The notes beneath the pieces were generated by a model, which saw nothing but the letters and a program-made list of their open reading frames with translations, ran no database searches and was not told the origin of the DNA. Below are positions 38,230-47,445 of a stretch of 64,000 nucleotides of DNA, in pieces; the stretch's first letter is position 1; each line of letters begins with the position of its first letter. The translations under genes and the position numbers were made by a program. Source of the DNA: Candidatus Omnitrophota bacterium (GTDB taxonomy: Bacteria; Omnitrophota; Gorgyraeia; Gygaellales; Profunditerraquicolaceae); assembly GCA_041662125.1 (NCBI GenBank), contig JBAZTA010000006.1, positions 5,699 through 69,698 of the forward strand, in the 5' to 3' direction.

Positions 38230-38257
38230 ATTTTACCACTGCTCTTCTGCTTGTCAA
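38230..38257 (-). promoter_or_regulatory. sigma70 promoter of cspA-2
   Basis: Minus strand TTGACA-16nt-TAAAAT. Gives a 5'UTR of about 160 nt containing hairpin AGCCGT-21nt-ACGGCT. Confidence 0.45.
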
Positions 38258-38263
38258 GGAATA

Positions 38264-38422
38264 TTAACGGCCGCTATCTTTTCGCTTTGAGTAACACTCT
38301 TTGCAATAAATTGGACGAGCTCCATTAGGCTTAAAAGGAACTTCGCACTCTTTTTTGCAATCAGAACACACTGCTTTATGCATTTCCCGCGGCTGCCTGC
38401 TAAACCCATCTTGAAACCCCAT
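38264..38422 (-). CDS. 52-aa CxxC-x17-CxxC zinc-ribbon protein (paralogue of 37316..37495)
   Basis: Start trimmed to ATG 38422 (MGFQDGFSRQPREMHKAVCSDCKKECEVPFKPNGARPIYCKECYSKRKDSGR) because AGGAGG lies 8 nt upstream. The ORF track extends it to 71 aa. Confidence 0.65.
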   Translation of the reverse strand: MGFQDGFSRQPREMHKAVCSDCKKECEVPFKPNGARPIYCKECYSKRKDSGR

Positions 38423-38512
38423 TTTGCTTCCTCCTTGTAAATACCTGTCTAAAGGTACTTCGCTAAAATAACTATTCACCTAACATACGTAAAGTTCAAA
38501 ACTAAACGTTGT

Positions 38513-38953
38513 TTATTCACGGCTTTTTCGCTTGTAAGGAAACGGCTTCTTTTTATGTTCAAACCCTCCCCTTGGGCCGTCGTTACGCCTCGCAAAATTA
38601 CGGTCCTGGCTAAAACCACTTTCCCGGGAATCACCAAACGTCTTCCTCTTATGGTCAAATCTCGGGCTTTCTTCACTTGGGCGTTTTCCAAAATGGCGCC
38701 CGCGGTCAAATCTTTTTTCTCCAGAGGCATCACCATGCGCTCTGTCAAAAGGACGGTGAGGGCGGCTGAAAGACCGGAAAGGTTTTGAAAAAGGCCTCTC
38801 GCCTGAAGGCCTGCGTGAAGACTGCTCGAGTAGAATATCTATCTTTTTCTCCAAAGCGGCCAACTGCTGTTGCATTTTCCTGATCAAAGCCACGGCATCC
38901 TGATCATCGGGCTCTACAGGTAAAGAATCTTTATGTTCAAAGTGCTCACTCAT
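38513..38953 (-). CDS. basic Arg/Phe/Asp-rich intrinsically disordered protein with N-terminal coiled coil
   Basis: Start at ATG 38953 (MSEHFEHK...) with AAGGAG 6 nt upstream. Coiled-coil 'ALIRKMQQQLAALEKKIDILLEQ', then RPF/RFD/RHF repeats. Confidence 0.55.
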   Translation of the reverse strand: MSEHFEHKDSLPVEPDDQDAVALIRKMQQQLAALEKKIDILLEQSSRRPSGERPFSKPFRSFSRPHRPFDRAHGDASGEKRFDRGRHFGKRPSEESPRFDHKRKTFGDSRESGFSQDRNFARRNDGPRGGFEHKKKPFPYKRKSRE

Positions 38954-39080
38954 GCATTCTCCTTTTTTACTTATCAAGAATAGTTGCCGGATACACAAAC
39001 CATATATCAATAATTACACAAACGAATTATTGATTCCGCAAACGACAACGATCTTATCTTATTCTCTGAAGTTTGTCATC

Positions 39081-39142
39081 CTGCCCTAAGTGGACATGGC
39101 AATATTCCTCATGATTGTAAATACTTAAGATCTGCTTACAAT
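39081..39142. repeat. conserved element E2 (copy of 36951..37012)
   Basis: See E1. Overlaps the last codons of the 39125..40261 gene. Confidence 0.55.
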
Positions 39143-40261
39143 GTGGGAATCTGCATTTTCTAGATTTTGCTGAGGTTTTAACTTTTTTAATGATACACGC
39201 GTCCCTTCCACAAGCTCGGTAATAAGTTCTTTTACCGAAACAATTTTTTTGATGCGATAGGCATTACTGCCGCACATAGCAAATCCTTTATCCATCTGGC
39301 CGGCAGCTGCATTAAACAAGGCGTTAGCGATACAATAGTTGACCTTTTGATGATCACAGGTAGACAGACATTTGTAAGGGCAACCGAAATCAATACGCTC
39401 GCCGCTTGATATTTTTCTGACAAATTCATTATTGATGACCCTTCCCGGCATTCCTACCGGGCTTTTAATGATCACGATGTCTTCTTTTTTAGCTTTTAAA
39501 TACGCTTCCTTATAACTATAAGCCACATCACATTCATGGGTACAAACAAATCTTGTAGCCATCTGCACAGCGCTTGCCCCTAAACGGATAACCCGAGCAA
39601 TATCTTCCCCGTCAAAAATGCCTCCCGCGGCGACTACCGGGATCTTCGCTCCCTGGCTTTTAAAATCTTTGACTGCCTCTAATACTGTCATCAAAATATT
39701 ATCAAGAAACACGCGCTTCGGGTCTTTAATATCCTCCAAACTATACCCCAAGTGCCCGCCAGCCAAGGGCCCTTCGACCACAATAGCGTCAGGCAAACGG
39801 TTATATTTCTTCTTCCAGACACGGCAGATCAATTGAGCTGCCCTGGCAGAAGAAACAATCGGCACAAGCTTAGTCCGTCTATTCTTAATAAGCGAAGGTA
39901 ATTTAAGCGGCAGGCCTGCTCCAGAAATAATAACATCCACTGACTCCTGCTGCGCGGCATCAACCAAGTCATCATAATTGGTGAGGGCGCACATAATATT
40001 CACCCCAAAAGGCTTATCAGTCATTGTACGAGCCTTCCTGATAGCACTTACAAAGGAGTTGCGCGAACGAGCAGCGTAGTCGCCTGATGAAACAGTAGCA
40101 CCTTCGCCAAGCCCCACAGACGCTATAACGCCCAAGCCGCCCTCATTAGATACCGCGGAAGCCAAACCAGCTGTTGAAACCCGGACACCCATACCACCCT
40201 GAATAATGGGAATCTCAATCCGTATATCCCCGATCATAAAATCTTTGAATTCAATATCCAT
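39125..40261 (-). CDS. nitronate monooxygenase / FMN-dependent 2-nitropropane dioxygenase-family oxidoreductase (FabK-like)
   Basis: 378 aa with 'IIQGGMGVRVS' and a Gly-rich FMN motif. The C-terminus carries an extra Cys-rich segment 'FGCPYKCLSTCDHQKVNYC'. Confidence 0.75.
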   Translation of the reverse strand: MDIEFKDFMIGDIRIEIPIIQGGMGVRVSTAGLASAVSNEGGLGVIASVGLGEGATVSSGDYAARSRNSFVSAIRKARTMTDKPFGVNIMCALTNYDDLVDAAQQESVDVIISGAGLPLKLPSLIKNRRTKLVPIVSSARAAQLICRVWKKKYNRLPDAIVVEGPLAGGHLGYSLEDIKDPKRVFLDNILMTVLEAVKDFKSQGAKIPVVAAGGIFDGEDIARVIRLGASAVQMATRFVCTHECDVAYSYKEAYLKAKKEDIVIIKSPVGMPGRVINNEFVRKISSGERIDFGCPYKCLSTCDHQKVNYCIANALFNAAAGQMDKGFAMCGSNAYRIKKIVSVKELITELVEGTRVSLKKLKPQQNLENADSHIVSRS

Positions 40262-40264
40262 CGT

Positions 40265-40471
40265 CTAGCTAACCGCGATTTTGATATTTATAGCCCGCGG
40301 ACCCTTCGGAGACTGCTCAACCTCAAACTCCACCTGCTGCTCTTCACGTAATTCATCAAACTTTATATCAATGACACTGGACTGATGAAAAAAGATCTCT
40401 CTGCCATCAGTATCATTTATAAAACCGAACCCTCTCTCACGCACAAGTTTCTTGATTTTCCCTGTATGCAT
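40265..40471 (-). CDS. cold shock protein, CspA family (third, divergent copy)
   Basis: 68 aa 'IKKLVRERGFGFINDTDGREIFFHQSSV'. Stop lies 3 nt before the downstream oxidoreductase start. Confidence 0.9.
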   Translation of the reverse strand: MHTGKIKKLVRERGFGFINDTDGREIFFHQSSVIDIKFDELREEQQVEFEVEQSPKGPRAINIKIAVS

Positions 40472-40504
40472 TATACCCCTCCTTCATGATATTCATTAAC
40501 TACA

Positions 40505-40615
40505 AATAAAAAAGACCGCAAAGGTTAGTAGTCATGCCCCTTTACGGCTAAAGATCTTCTAATCTTTTTTTGTACAACTTTATTCAGTATATCATATTCC
40601 TGGGATTTTACAATT
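40505..40615 (-). promoter_or_regulatory. cspA-3 promoter and conserved 5'UTR box plus hairpin
   Basis: Minus strand TTGTAA-16nt-TATACT, then 'AGATTAGAAGATCTTTAGCCG' and hairpin CCGTAAAGG-gcatgactactaa-CCTTTGCGG, which covaries with the cspA-1 UTR hairpin. Confidence 0.4.
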
Positions 40616-40646
40616 AATACCTAAGTTTATTTTTCGCCATGTTTAT

Positions 40647-41153
40647 TTAGCCAGCGGCACGCACGCTAATTTCGGTCACATATAAAAAATGAACTCCGCC
40701 CCATCCCCACGAATTCTGCATTTTCTTTCCTGCTAAGCTATAGGTGCCAATGAAGCGAAGATAATCAAATTTCATTTCGACCTTCTTGCCAGGCTTGAGA
40801 TCAGCCATCGTTCTGGTGGCGGCCGCGCTATGAGTAAGCAAAAGGAAATTTTTTGCATATTTTTTCCAAAACGGCTGACAAGATTTTTTGTTTTTAACGT
40901 ATTCTTCCTTAAATATACGATACGCGTCTTCCGTGCAAAACTGCAGGCTTCCTTTGATAACCGAACTGCCTCCTATTATACCTGGCGGATACGGAAGGAT
41001 TCTGCCGCTCAAAGTCATTTCCTTTCCTTTCTTGAATTTCCAAACATAGCCGCTGTCATCAGGAAAACTGAGCGTTTCTCCGCGGTTAGTATGAACGAAT
41101 TGCCACGTCAAGAAACCAATGATACTCACAAGGATTGCTATAAAAATCTTCAT
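40647..41153 (-). CDS. hypothetical membrane-anchored protein
   Basis: 168 aa, N-terminal TM helix, 'NSWGWGGVHFLY' near the C-terminus. No family assignable. Confidence 0.4.
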   Translation of the reverse strand: MKIFIAILVSIIGFLTWQFVHTNRGETLSFPDDSGYVWKFKKGKEMTLSGRILPYPPGIIGGSSVIKGSLQFCTEDAYRIFKEEYVKNKKSCQPFWKKYAKNFLLLTHSAAATRTMADLKPGKKVEMKFDYLRFIGTYSLAGKKMQNSWGWGGVHFLYVTEISVRAAG

Positions 41154-41162
41154 ATTTCTATT

Positions 41163-42743
41163 TCACCTGCGTTGATTACCAGAAAGGTGCTTTTTTGCCT
41201 TTTGTAATCTTTCCAGAAACGCATCTTTTTTGAATTGTGTTGCCCATCGTTTCATGACGATCCATCCTCCAAAACGGATCAAATCATTGCGCCATGGCCT
41301 ATACCATTTTTGCCAGCCTAATTTAATATTATGCAAAAAGAAAACTAATGCGGGGAATGAAACTATATTTAACGCTATCATAAAAACATATTTAAAATGA
41401 TAAAACCTCCCCATAATCTTTCTATTGGAGAACTGCATCTCTTCAGCGGTCATAGGCTCATCAGGCTCAAAAAGCGGGAAATTACCATCATAATATTCCC
41501 AACCGACATCCTGAAACGAATAAAGCCTGTTTTGATCGCCGAGCCTATGCCTTAACTCTGTCCCGGGCAGAGGCGTAGGCAACAAGATCTGTATTGTATC
41601 AATCCTTGCTTTTTTGATGAAGCTCTTAAAACGCTTTATCCTCTGGCTTATCGACATGCTAAAATTCACGCCTTCTTTCATGGGATAACCGAAAATAAAC
41701 ATGCCGTGCACTAAAAACCCGAATTTATGATATATCCTGGTGAGCGCGACCATATCTTCAGGCATGAGATGTTTATTCATAGCCTTGAGCTCTTCTTCAA
41801 TAGGCGACTCAAAACCTATAGCCACTGTGTTGATCCCGGTTTGGCGCATCGCAAAAAGAAGTTCTGGATCTTTAGCTTTATCCAGTCTTATCTGAACGAC
41901 TAAATCCACCCGCGTACCTATACTTTTTTGATAATCTTTTAGCATAACACAGAAGCGTATTGTTTCATCCCTGTGCTGGCCAAAAAGGTCATCAACAATA
42001 AAAAAATGCCTGGCATCATAGGTCTCAACAAGACGGCTGATACATTCAAGCAGGCGTTCAGGAGAAGCATCCCTTGGCTTACCTTTAACCGTGCAAAATT
42101 CGCACTCCATACCACAGCCTCGTATCCTTTCAACAGGATACACGTCAATTTTAGCGTAACGAACCAGGGAAAAATCAGGCGAAGGAAGTTTATTAAAATC
42201 AATGAGGGGCGCTCTTTTAGAAGTATAAACGGGCAAGCCATTTTTAAGATAACCAACACCTTTAACCTCACCTATATCTCGTTTTCCTTCTACGACTAAA
42301 AGAAGCTCTCGTATAGCCTCTTCTCCTTCACCGATAACCACATAGTCGATACCGGCACGCAAGGCCTCAGGTATTGTTTCTTCAACAAAATGCTGCCCGC
42401 CGGCAATAGTGACAATCCCTTTTTTCTTATAAAAACGGGATAGTTCATAAAGCCGAGGGATAGTGCTTGTCAATCCGCCATAAAATCCAACAACATCCGC
42501 AGGCCTCTGAGTTTGTAAAAATTCATGGTCAGCGCCGCCCGAAGCGCCAAGAGGCCCATGCCTGCGAAGATTGTTCTCGTCAATAACCTCGACATCCCAT
42601 CCTTCCATCTCATGGGCCGCGCTTGCAACACATACCGGGCCTAAAGCTGTAGTTTTATTAGCAATATGAGAATAGATGTTAAACGCCGGATAAGCCGGGA
42701 CAATAATTCTTAATCTAAACCTTTTTTTGCATGCATCTAACAT
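41163..42743 (-). CDS. B12-binding domain radical SAM protein with C-terminal TM segment
   Basis: N-terminal cobalamin-binding Rossmann-like domain, radical SAM 'CGMECEFC' (Cx3Cx2C), and a hydrophobic helix 'FMIALNIVSFPALVFFL' near the C-terminus. Confidence 0.8.
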   Translation of the reverse strand: MLDACKKRFRLRIIVPAYPAFNIYSHIANKTTALGPVCVASAAHEMEGWDVEVIDENNLRRHGPLGASGGADHEFLQTQRPADVVGFYGGLTSTIPRLYELSRFYKKKGIVTIAGGQHFVEETIPEALRAGIDYVVIGEGEEAIRELLLVVEGKRDIGEVKGVGYLKNGLPVYTSKRAPLIDFNKLPSPDFSLVRYAKIDVYPVERIRGCGMECEFCTVKGKPRDASPERLLECISRLVETYDARHFFIVDDLFGQHRDETIRFCVMLKDYQKSIGTRVDLVVQIRLDKAKDPELLFAMRQTGINTVAIGFESPIEEELKAMNKHLMPEDMVALTRIYHKFGFLVHGMFIFGYPMKEGVNFSMSISQRIKRFKSFIKKARIDTIQILLPTPLPGTELRHRLGDQNRLYSFQDVGWEYYDGNFPLFEPDEPMTAEEMQFSNRKIMGRFYHFKYVFMIALNIVSFPALVFFLHNIKLGWQKWYRPWRNDLIRFGGWIVMKRWATQFKKDAFLERLQKAKKHLSGNQRR

Positions 42744-43031
42744 ACTATACTTTCTCTTCCGCCTTCTTCAAGATCTCATTGCATTTTAAACATACTATGA
42801 ATCTTTCATGTCTTTCTTTTGTCGCTTTAAAAAATGTTACCAAATAATTATGTTGATATTTAACTCCGCATCTCACGCAGCTATTCATTGTATTCTCCCT
42901 TTGTGATGGTTAATGAACAAAACTACTGTTATTCAGGTAACAGCAGCAAAACATTGTGTATAATTATACCACTTTAAAAGCGTTAAAACAATTCTTTAAT
43001 CCGGAAGGGGCTTTTTTAACCAATTCAGGAC

Positions 43032-46000
43032 TTACTGAGAATGTTTTGGGCGATCTTGAGGCAACTTTTTTATCTCAGAATGGTACTTCCAGATAGTATA
43101 AACTGCCGGCAAAACCACTAACGTCAGGACCGTGGAAGTTGTCAATCCTCCGATCAGGGGAGCCGCGATACGCTTCATCACATCAGCGCCGGTCCCCGTA
43201 CTTAGCATGACCGGCATCAGGCCAAAAATATTTGCTCCCACAGTCATCAACTTTGGCCTTAAGCGTTGCACCGCGCCTTCCATCACAGCATCATAGAGAT
43301 CAGTAAGATTATTCATTTTCCCCTGAGCTTTACGACGAGAATAAGCTTCATCTAAATACACGATCATGATAGAGCCTGTTTCCGCAGCAACACCTGCCAA
43401 GGCGATCAAGCCGACCCAGACCGCGATGCTCATATTATAACCCAGCAAGAACAGATACCATATGCCGCCGATCAATGCAAACGGCACAGACATCATAACG
43501 ATCACAGTTTCAATTACTGACTTAAAGGTAAAGAAATAAAGTATAAATATGATAAAAACAGTAAGCGGCACAAAAATTTTGAGCCTGTTCTTGACCCTTT
43601 GCATATATTCATACTGTCCCGACCAGATAAGCGAATATCCGACGGGTAATTTTATCTCTTGGCTTACCGCCTTTTTAGCATCCGCGACAAAACCTCCCAC
43701 ATCACGGCCAGCAATATCCACATAGACATAACCGGATAGCAGGCCATTTTCATCTCTGATCATCGACGGCCCTAACTTTAAATTAATATCGGCGATCTGC
43801 GCTAAAGGGATATGCCTGCCGTCCATTGTCGTCACTAAAACGGCTTTAAGCTTATCCACATTATCCCGTAACTCCCTGCCATAGCGCACATTGACAGGAT
43901 ACCGCTGCCTGCCTTCAACGGTCGTAGTAATATTCTCTCCGCCAATAGCAGACATAATAATATCTTCGGCATCAGCCACAGTCAAGCCATACCGGGCGAG
44001 ATCCTTACGCTTGAGATCAAAATCGACAAAATATCCGCCGGCAACCCGTTCGGAATAAACACTACGCGTTCCGGAGACCTGTTTTAAAACCTGCTCAATA
44101 TGTATCCCGATCTTTTCTATCTCATCTAAGTTTGAGCCGTAGATTTTAATACCGACAGGAGTGCGCACTCCCGTGGTAAGCATATCGATCCGGCCCTTAA
44201 TAGGCATGGTCCAGGCATTCGTTGTTCCCGGGATCTTCATCTTGCCATCCATCTCATCGATGAGTTTTTCCCAAGTCAACCGAGGACGCCAATATTTCCT
44301 ATCCTTTAACACAACGGTTGTCTCCATCATGGAAAAAGGCGCCGGGTCGGTTGAACTCGTGGCCCTGCCTGCCTTGCCGAATACCCGCTCAACCTCCGGG
44401 AAAGATTTCAAGATCTTATCCTGCGTCTGCAATAATTTTGTGGCTTCTGTTACAGAAAGCCCTGGCAGCGTCGTAGGCATGTAAAGTATTGTCCCCTCAT
44501 TAAGAGGCGGCATAAATTCCGATCCCATCATCAAAAACGCAGGAACGGTAAGCGCCATACTCAAGAGGGCTACTGCCACGACGGCATTGCGATGCTTGAT
44601 CGCCCAATGAGCGACAGGATGATATAGTTTGATCAAAAATCTACTGATAGGATGGCGGTCTTCAGAGATGATCTTGCCGCCGATAAAGAAATTAGTGATA
44701 GCGGTTAAAAACTTATTCTTGAATTTGTATTCCTTTCCCCGCACAAACACCATGACCAATGCGGGAGTCAAAGTAATAGCAAGAAGCGCTGCAAAGAATA
44801 TGGAATAATTCTTGGTAAAAGCCAGCGGTTTAAAGAGCCGTCCTTCCTGCGCCTCAAGCGTAAATATAGGCATAAAGGCGACTGCCATAACCAAGAGCGA
44901 CGCAAATATCGGCGGCCCGACTTCTTTCATTGCCCCGATGATGATCTCATCGCGCGACCCTTTTCTTAACCCCTTCGTCCATTCGTCTAAGCGTTTATGC
45001 ACATTTTCTACAAAAACTATTGAGCCATCGACCATATCCCCGATAGCCACGACGATGCCCCCCAAAGACATAATATTAGAGGTCAACTTCATCCAACCCA
45101 TAGGGATAAAAGCAATGATCACCGCAATGGGCAAGCCTATGATCGGCACCAGCGCTGAACGAAAATGCAACAGGAAAAAAATAAGCATAAAGCTGACGAT
45201 GATAAGTTCCTGAACGAGATTATCCTTTACCGTATCAATAGAAGCCTTAATTAAATCGGAACGGTCATACACCGTAACGACTTTTACCCCTTTAGGCAAT
45301 GAAGGCTCAATTTGTTTTAGCTTTGCCTTGACTTTATTAATTACCTCCAAAGCGTTTTCTTTGTGGCGCATGACCACAATGCCGCCGACAACTTCGCCTT
45401 TACCGTCAAGCTCAGCCACCCCCCTTCTTATATCCGGCCCTAAAGAAACTTGGGCTACCTGTCCTATAGTTACGGCCGCGCCATTCATTGACGAACCGAC
45501 CACAATATCTTTAAGGTCATCGATACTTTTAATATACCCGCGGCCCCGCACCATATATTCGGCGCCGCTCCATTCAATAAGCCTGCCTCCAACATCATTA
45601 TTGCTTTTACGGATATTCTCGATCACCCGCATTAAGGGGATATTATAGGCTAAGAGCGTATTGGGATTAATAGTGATCTGATACTGCCTGACAAATCCAC
45701 CGACTGTTGCTACTTCAGCTACTCCCGGCACAGCCTGCAGATAATAGCGTAAATACCAATCCTGGAAGCTGCGTAAGTCCGCTAAAGAATTCTCACCCGT
45801 TTCATCTACAAGCGCATATTGGAAAACCCATCCCACCCCTGTTGCATCCGGCCCTAATTCAACCTGCACTCCCTCGGGTAAACGCGGTATGGTCTTACTT
45901 AAATACTCCAAAATGCGGGAACGCGCCCAATAGATATCTGTCCCGTCTTCAAAGATAATATAGACGTAGGAAAAGCCGAAATCAGAAAACCCCCGAATAT

Positions 46001-46247
46001 CTTTAACTTTTGGCGCTCCTAACATCGAAGTCACGATCGGATACGTAACCTGGTCTTCGATGATATCGGGTGAGCGGTCCCAACGGGAATAAATAATTAC
46101 CTGCGTGTCGGAAAGATCGGGTATCGCGTCAAGCGGGACCTGCCTCATAGAGTAAAGCCCGGCCAAAGTCACTACGCCGACTAAAAGAAATACGATAAAT
46201 TTATTCTTGGCGCAAAACTCGATTATATTTTCTACTAACTTAGTCAT
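43032..46247 (-). CDS. cusA: CusA/CzcA-family heavy-metal efflux RND permease
   Basis: 1,071 aa, 12 TM plus two large periplasmic loops, HME-RND N-terminal pattern. Confidence 0.9.
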   Translation of the reverse strand: MTKLVENIIEFCAKNKFIVFLLVGVVTLAGLYSMRQVPLDAIPDLSDTQVIIYSRWDRSPDIIEDQVTYPIVTSMLGAPKVKDIRGFSDFGFSYVYIIFEDGTDIYWARSRILEYLSKTIPRLPEGVQVELGPDATGVGWVFQYALVDETGENSLADLRSFQDWYLRYYLQAVPGVAEVATVGGFVRQYQITINPNTLLAYNIPLMRVIENIRKSNNDVGGRLIEWSGAEYMVRGRGYIKSIDDLKDIVVGSSMNGAAVTIGQVAQVSLGPDIRRGVAELDGKGEVVGGIVVMRHKENALEVINKVKAKLKQIEPSLPKGVKVVTVYDRSDLIKASIDTVKDNLVQELIIVSFMLIFFLLHFRSALVPIIGLPIAVIIAFIPMGWMKLTSNIMSLGGIVVAIGDMVDGSIVFVENVHKRLDEWTKGLRKGSRDEIIIGAMKEVGPPIFASLLVMAVAFMPIFTLEAQEGRLFKPLAFTKNYSIFFAALLAITLTPALVMVFVRGKEYKFKNKFLTAITNFFIGGKIISEDRHPISRFLIKLYHPVAHWAIKHRNAVVAVALLSMALTVPAFLMMGSEFMPPLNEGTILYMPTTLPGLSVTEATKLLQTQDKILKSFPEVERVFGKAGRATSSTDPAPFSMMETTVVLKDRKYWRPRLTWEKLIDEMDGKMKIPGTTNAWTMPIKGRIDMLTTGVRTPVGIKIYGSNLDEIEKIGIHIEQVLKQVSGTRSVYSERVAGGYFVDFDLKRKDLARYGLTVADAEDIIMSAIGGENITTTVEGRQRYPVNVRYGRELRDNVDKLKAVLVTTMDGRHIPLAQIADINLKLGPSMIRDENGLLSGYVYVDIAGRDVGGFVADAKKAVSQEIKLPVGYSLIWSGQYEYMQRVKNRLKIFVPLTVFIIFILYFFTFKSVIETVIVMMSVPFALIGGIWYLFLLGYNMSIAVWVGLIALAGVAAETGSIMIVYLDEAYSRRKAQGKMNNLTDLYDAVMEGAVQRLRPKLMTVGANIFGLMPVMLSTGTGADVMKRIAAPLIGGLTTSTVLTLVVLPAVYTIWKYHSEIKKLPQDRPKHSQ

Positions 46248-46249
46248 CC

Positions 46250-47434
46250 TTAGTTCCCATGCTTATGCTCACTGCCCGTTATAGCAGACTGTAACCGCGA
46301 CTCAGAATCGATCAAGAAATTCCCGGAAGTTAGGATAGTTTCGCCTTCGCGTACCCCTTCGAGCACCTCATAAAACCCCTCGGCGCTTTGGCCTAATCTA
46401 ACTTCCTTGCTTAAGAAATTCCCTTTTTCGTCAGTAACGACCACCACCGCCCTTTTCCCGGTATTGATCACTGCTTCTTGTGAAACAGCCAATTTTTCTC
46501 CGAGATCCACATTGATCTTTACATTGACAAACATCTCAGGCTTGAGTTTATTGTCTGGATTACCAACCTCGGCCCTTGCTTGGACAGAGCGGGTCATGGG
46601 GTCTAAAACCGGAGTAATACTGGTTATTACGCCGCTAAATTTCTCACCCGGAAAGGCAATTGACTCTATTTCCACAGAAACCCCTTCTTTGATATATCCT
46701 ATCTCATATTCATAAATGGTCATATAAACCCAAACGGGGCTTTCCTTTGCAGGTAAATAAAGATTCTCCTGGGGTTTATTCTGTTGTTCTAATTCTTTGA
46801 TCTGCGCTTGATTCATCCCCAAAAGAAGCAGTTTTCTTTCTGCTGCCTCTGCCAAAGAATCAGACTGCGCGGAGATGAATGAATCACGCAAAGCATTCTG
46901 GGTCTTAAGCGCTTGGAGATATTCCTGTTGGGCTACATACAAGTCAGGATCATACGCAATTTTTCCTATGGTAAGAATTTCATGGGTTAGTTTTCTTTTC
47001 TGGACCTTTTCTTTCTTTACCCCTGCCAATTGCTGCCTCTCAGGGCTAATATAAATACCCGATGCGCCTGCGGCCTCGTTTTCATAAACCGGGACATACT
47101 CCATCCCCATAGGATCCTTCATGGGGACAGGTGAAGTGACTGCTGGATTCATGGGATTACGATAATAAATGATCTTCCGATCTTTGGCCTTCGTATCCGC
47201 GCGTCCTTCATGCCCTGAAGCTTCCTGCTTAACTAATTTCATGCCGCATATTCCACAATCCCCTGGCTTATCAGATGTAAACTCCGGATGCATTGGACAA
47301 GAATACACACTATTTTTCGCGCTCTCGGGGCTATTCCCAGAACTCGCAAAAATCATGTCGCGCGATGCATAAAAAACAAAACCCGCGATGCTTAATCCCA
47401 GGATAATTATAATTACAATATTCTTCTTTTTCAT
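46250..47434 (-). CDS. cusB: CusB-like RND periplasmic adaptor with N-terminal heavy-metal-binding domain
   Basis: 'YSCPMHPEFTSDKPGDCGICGMKLV' is the CPMHP...CxxCGM HMBD motif. The rest is membrane-fusion-protein-like. Confidence 0.8.
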   Translation of the reverse strand: MKKKNIVIIIILGLSIAGFVFYASRDMIFASSGNSPESAKNSVYSCPMHPEFTSDKPGDCGICGMKLVKQEASGHEGRADTKAKDRKIIYYRNPMNPAVTSPVPMKDPMGMEYVPVYENEAAGASGIYISPERQQLAGVKKEKVQKRKLTHEILTIGKIAYDPDLYVAQQEYLQALKTQNALRDSFISAQSDSLAEAAERKLLLLGMNQAQIKELEQQNKPQENLYLPAKESPVWVYMTIYEYEIGYIKEGVSVEIESIAFPGEKFSGVITSITPVLDPMTRSVQARAEVGNPDNKLKPEMFVNVKINVDLGEKLAVSQEAVINTGKRAVVVVTDEKGNFLSKEVRLGQSAEGFYEVLEGVREGETILTSGNFLIDSESRLQSAITGSEHKHGN

Positions 47435-47445
47435 AATTTATCTCC

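Noticed and set aside
38476-38748. 90-aa minus-strand ORF overlapping the Arg-rich protein gene in another frame
   Set aside because: Nested in the 38513..38953 gene, which has a strong SD and a coherent coiled-coil plus repeat architecture. The alternative frame has no SD and reads as a frame artefact of the Arg-codon-rich sequence.
42950-42970. Extended -10-like TGTGTATAAT on the plus strand between cusA and the rSAM gene
   Set aside because: No plus-strand gene lies downstream (it would read antisense into cusA), there is no convincing -35, and the context is AT-rich where such hexamers occur by chance.
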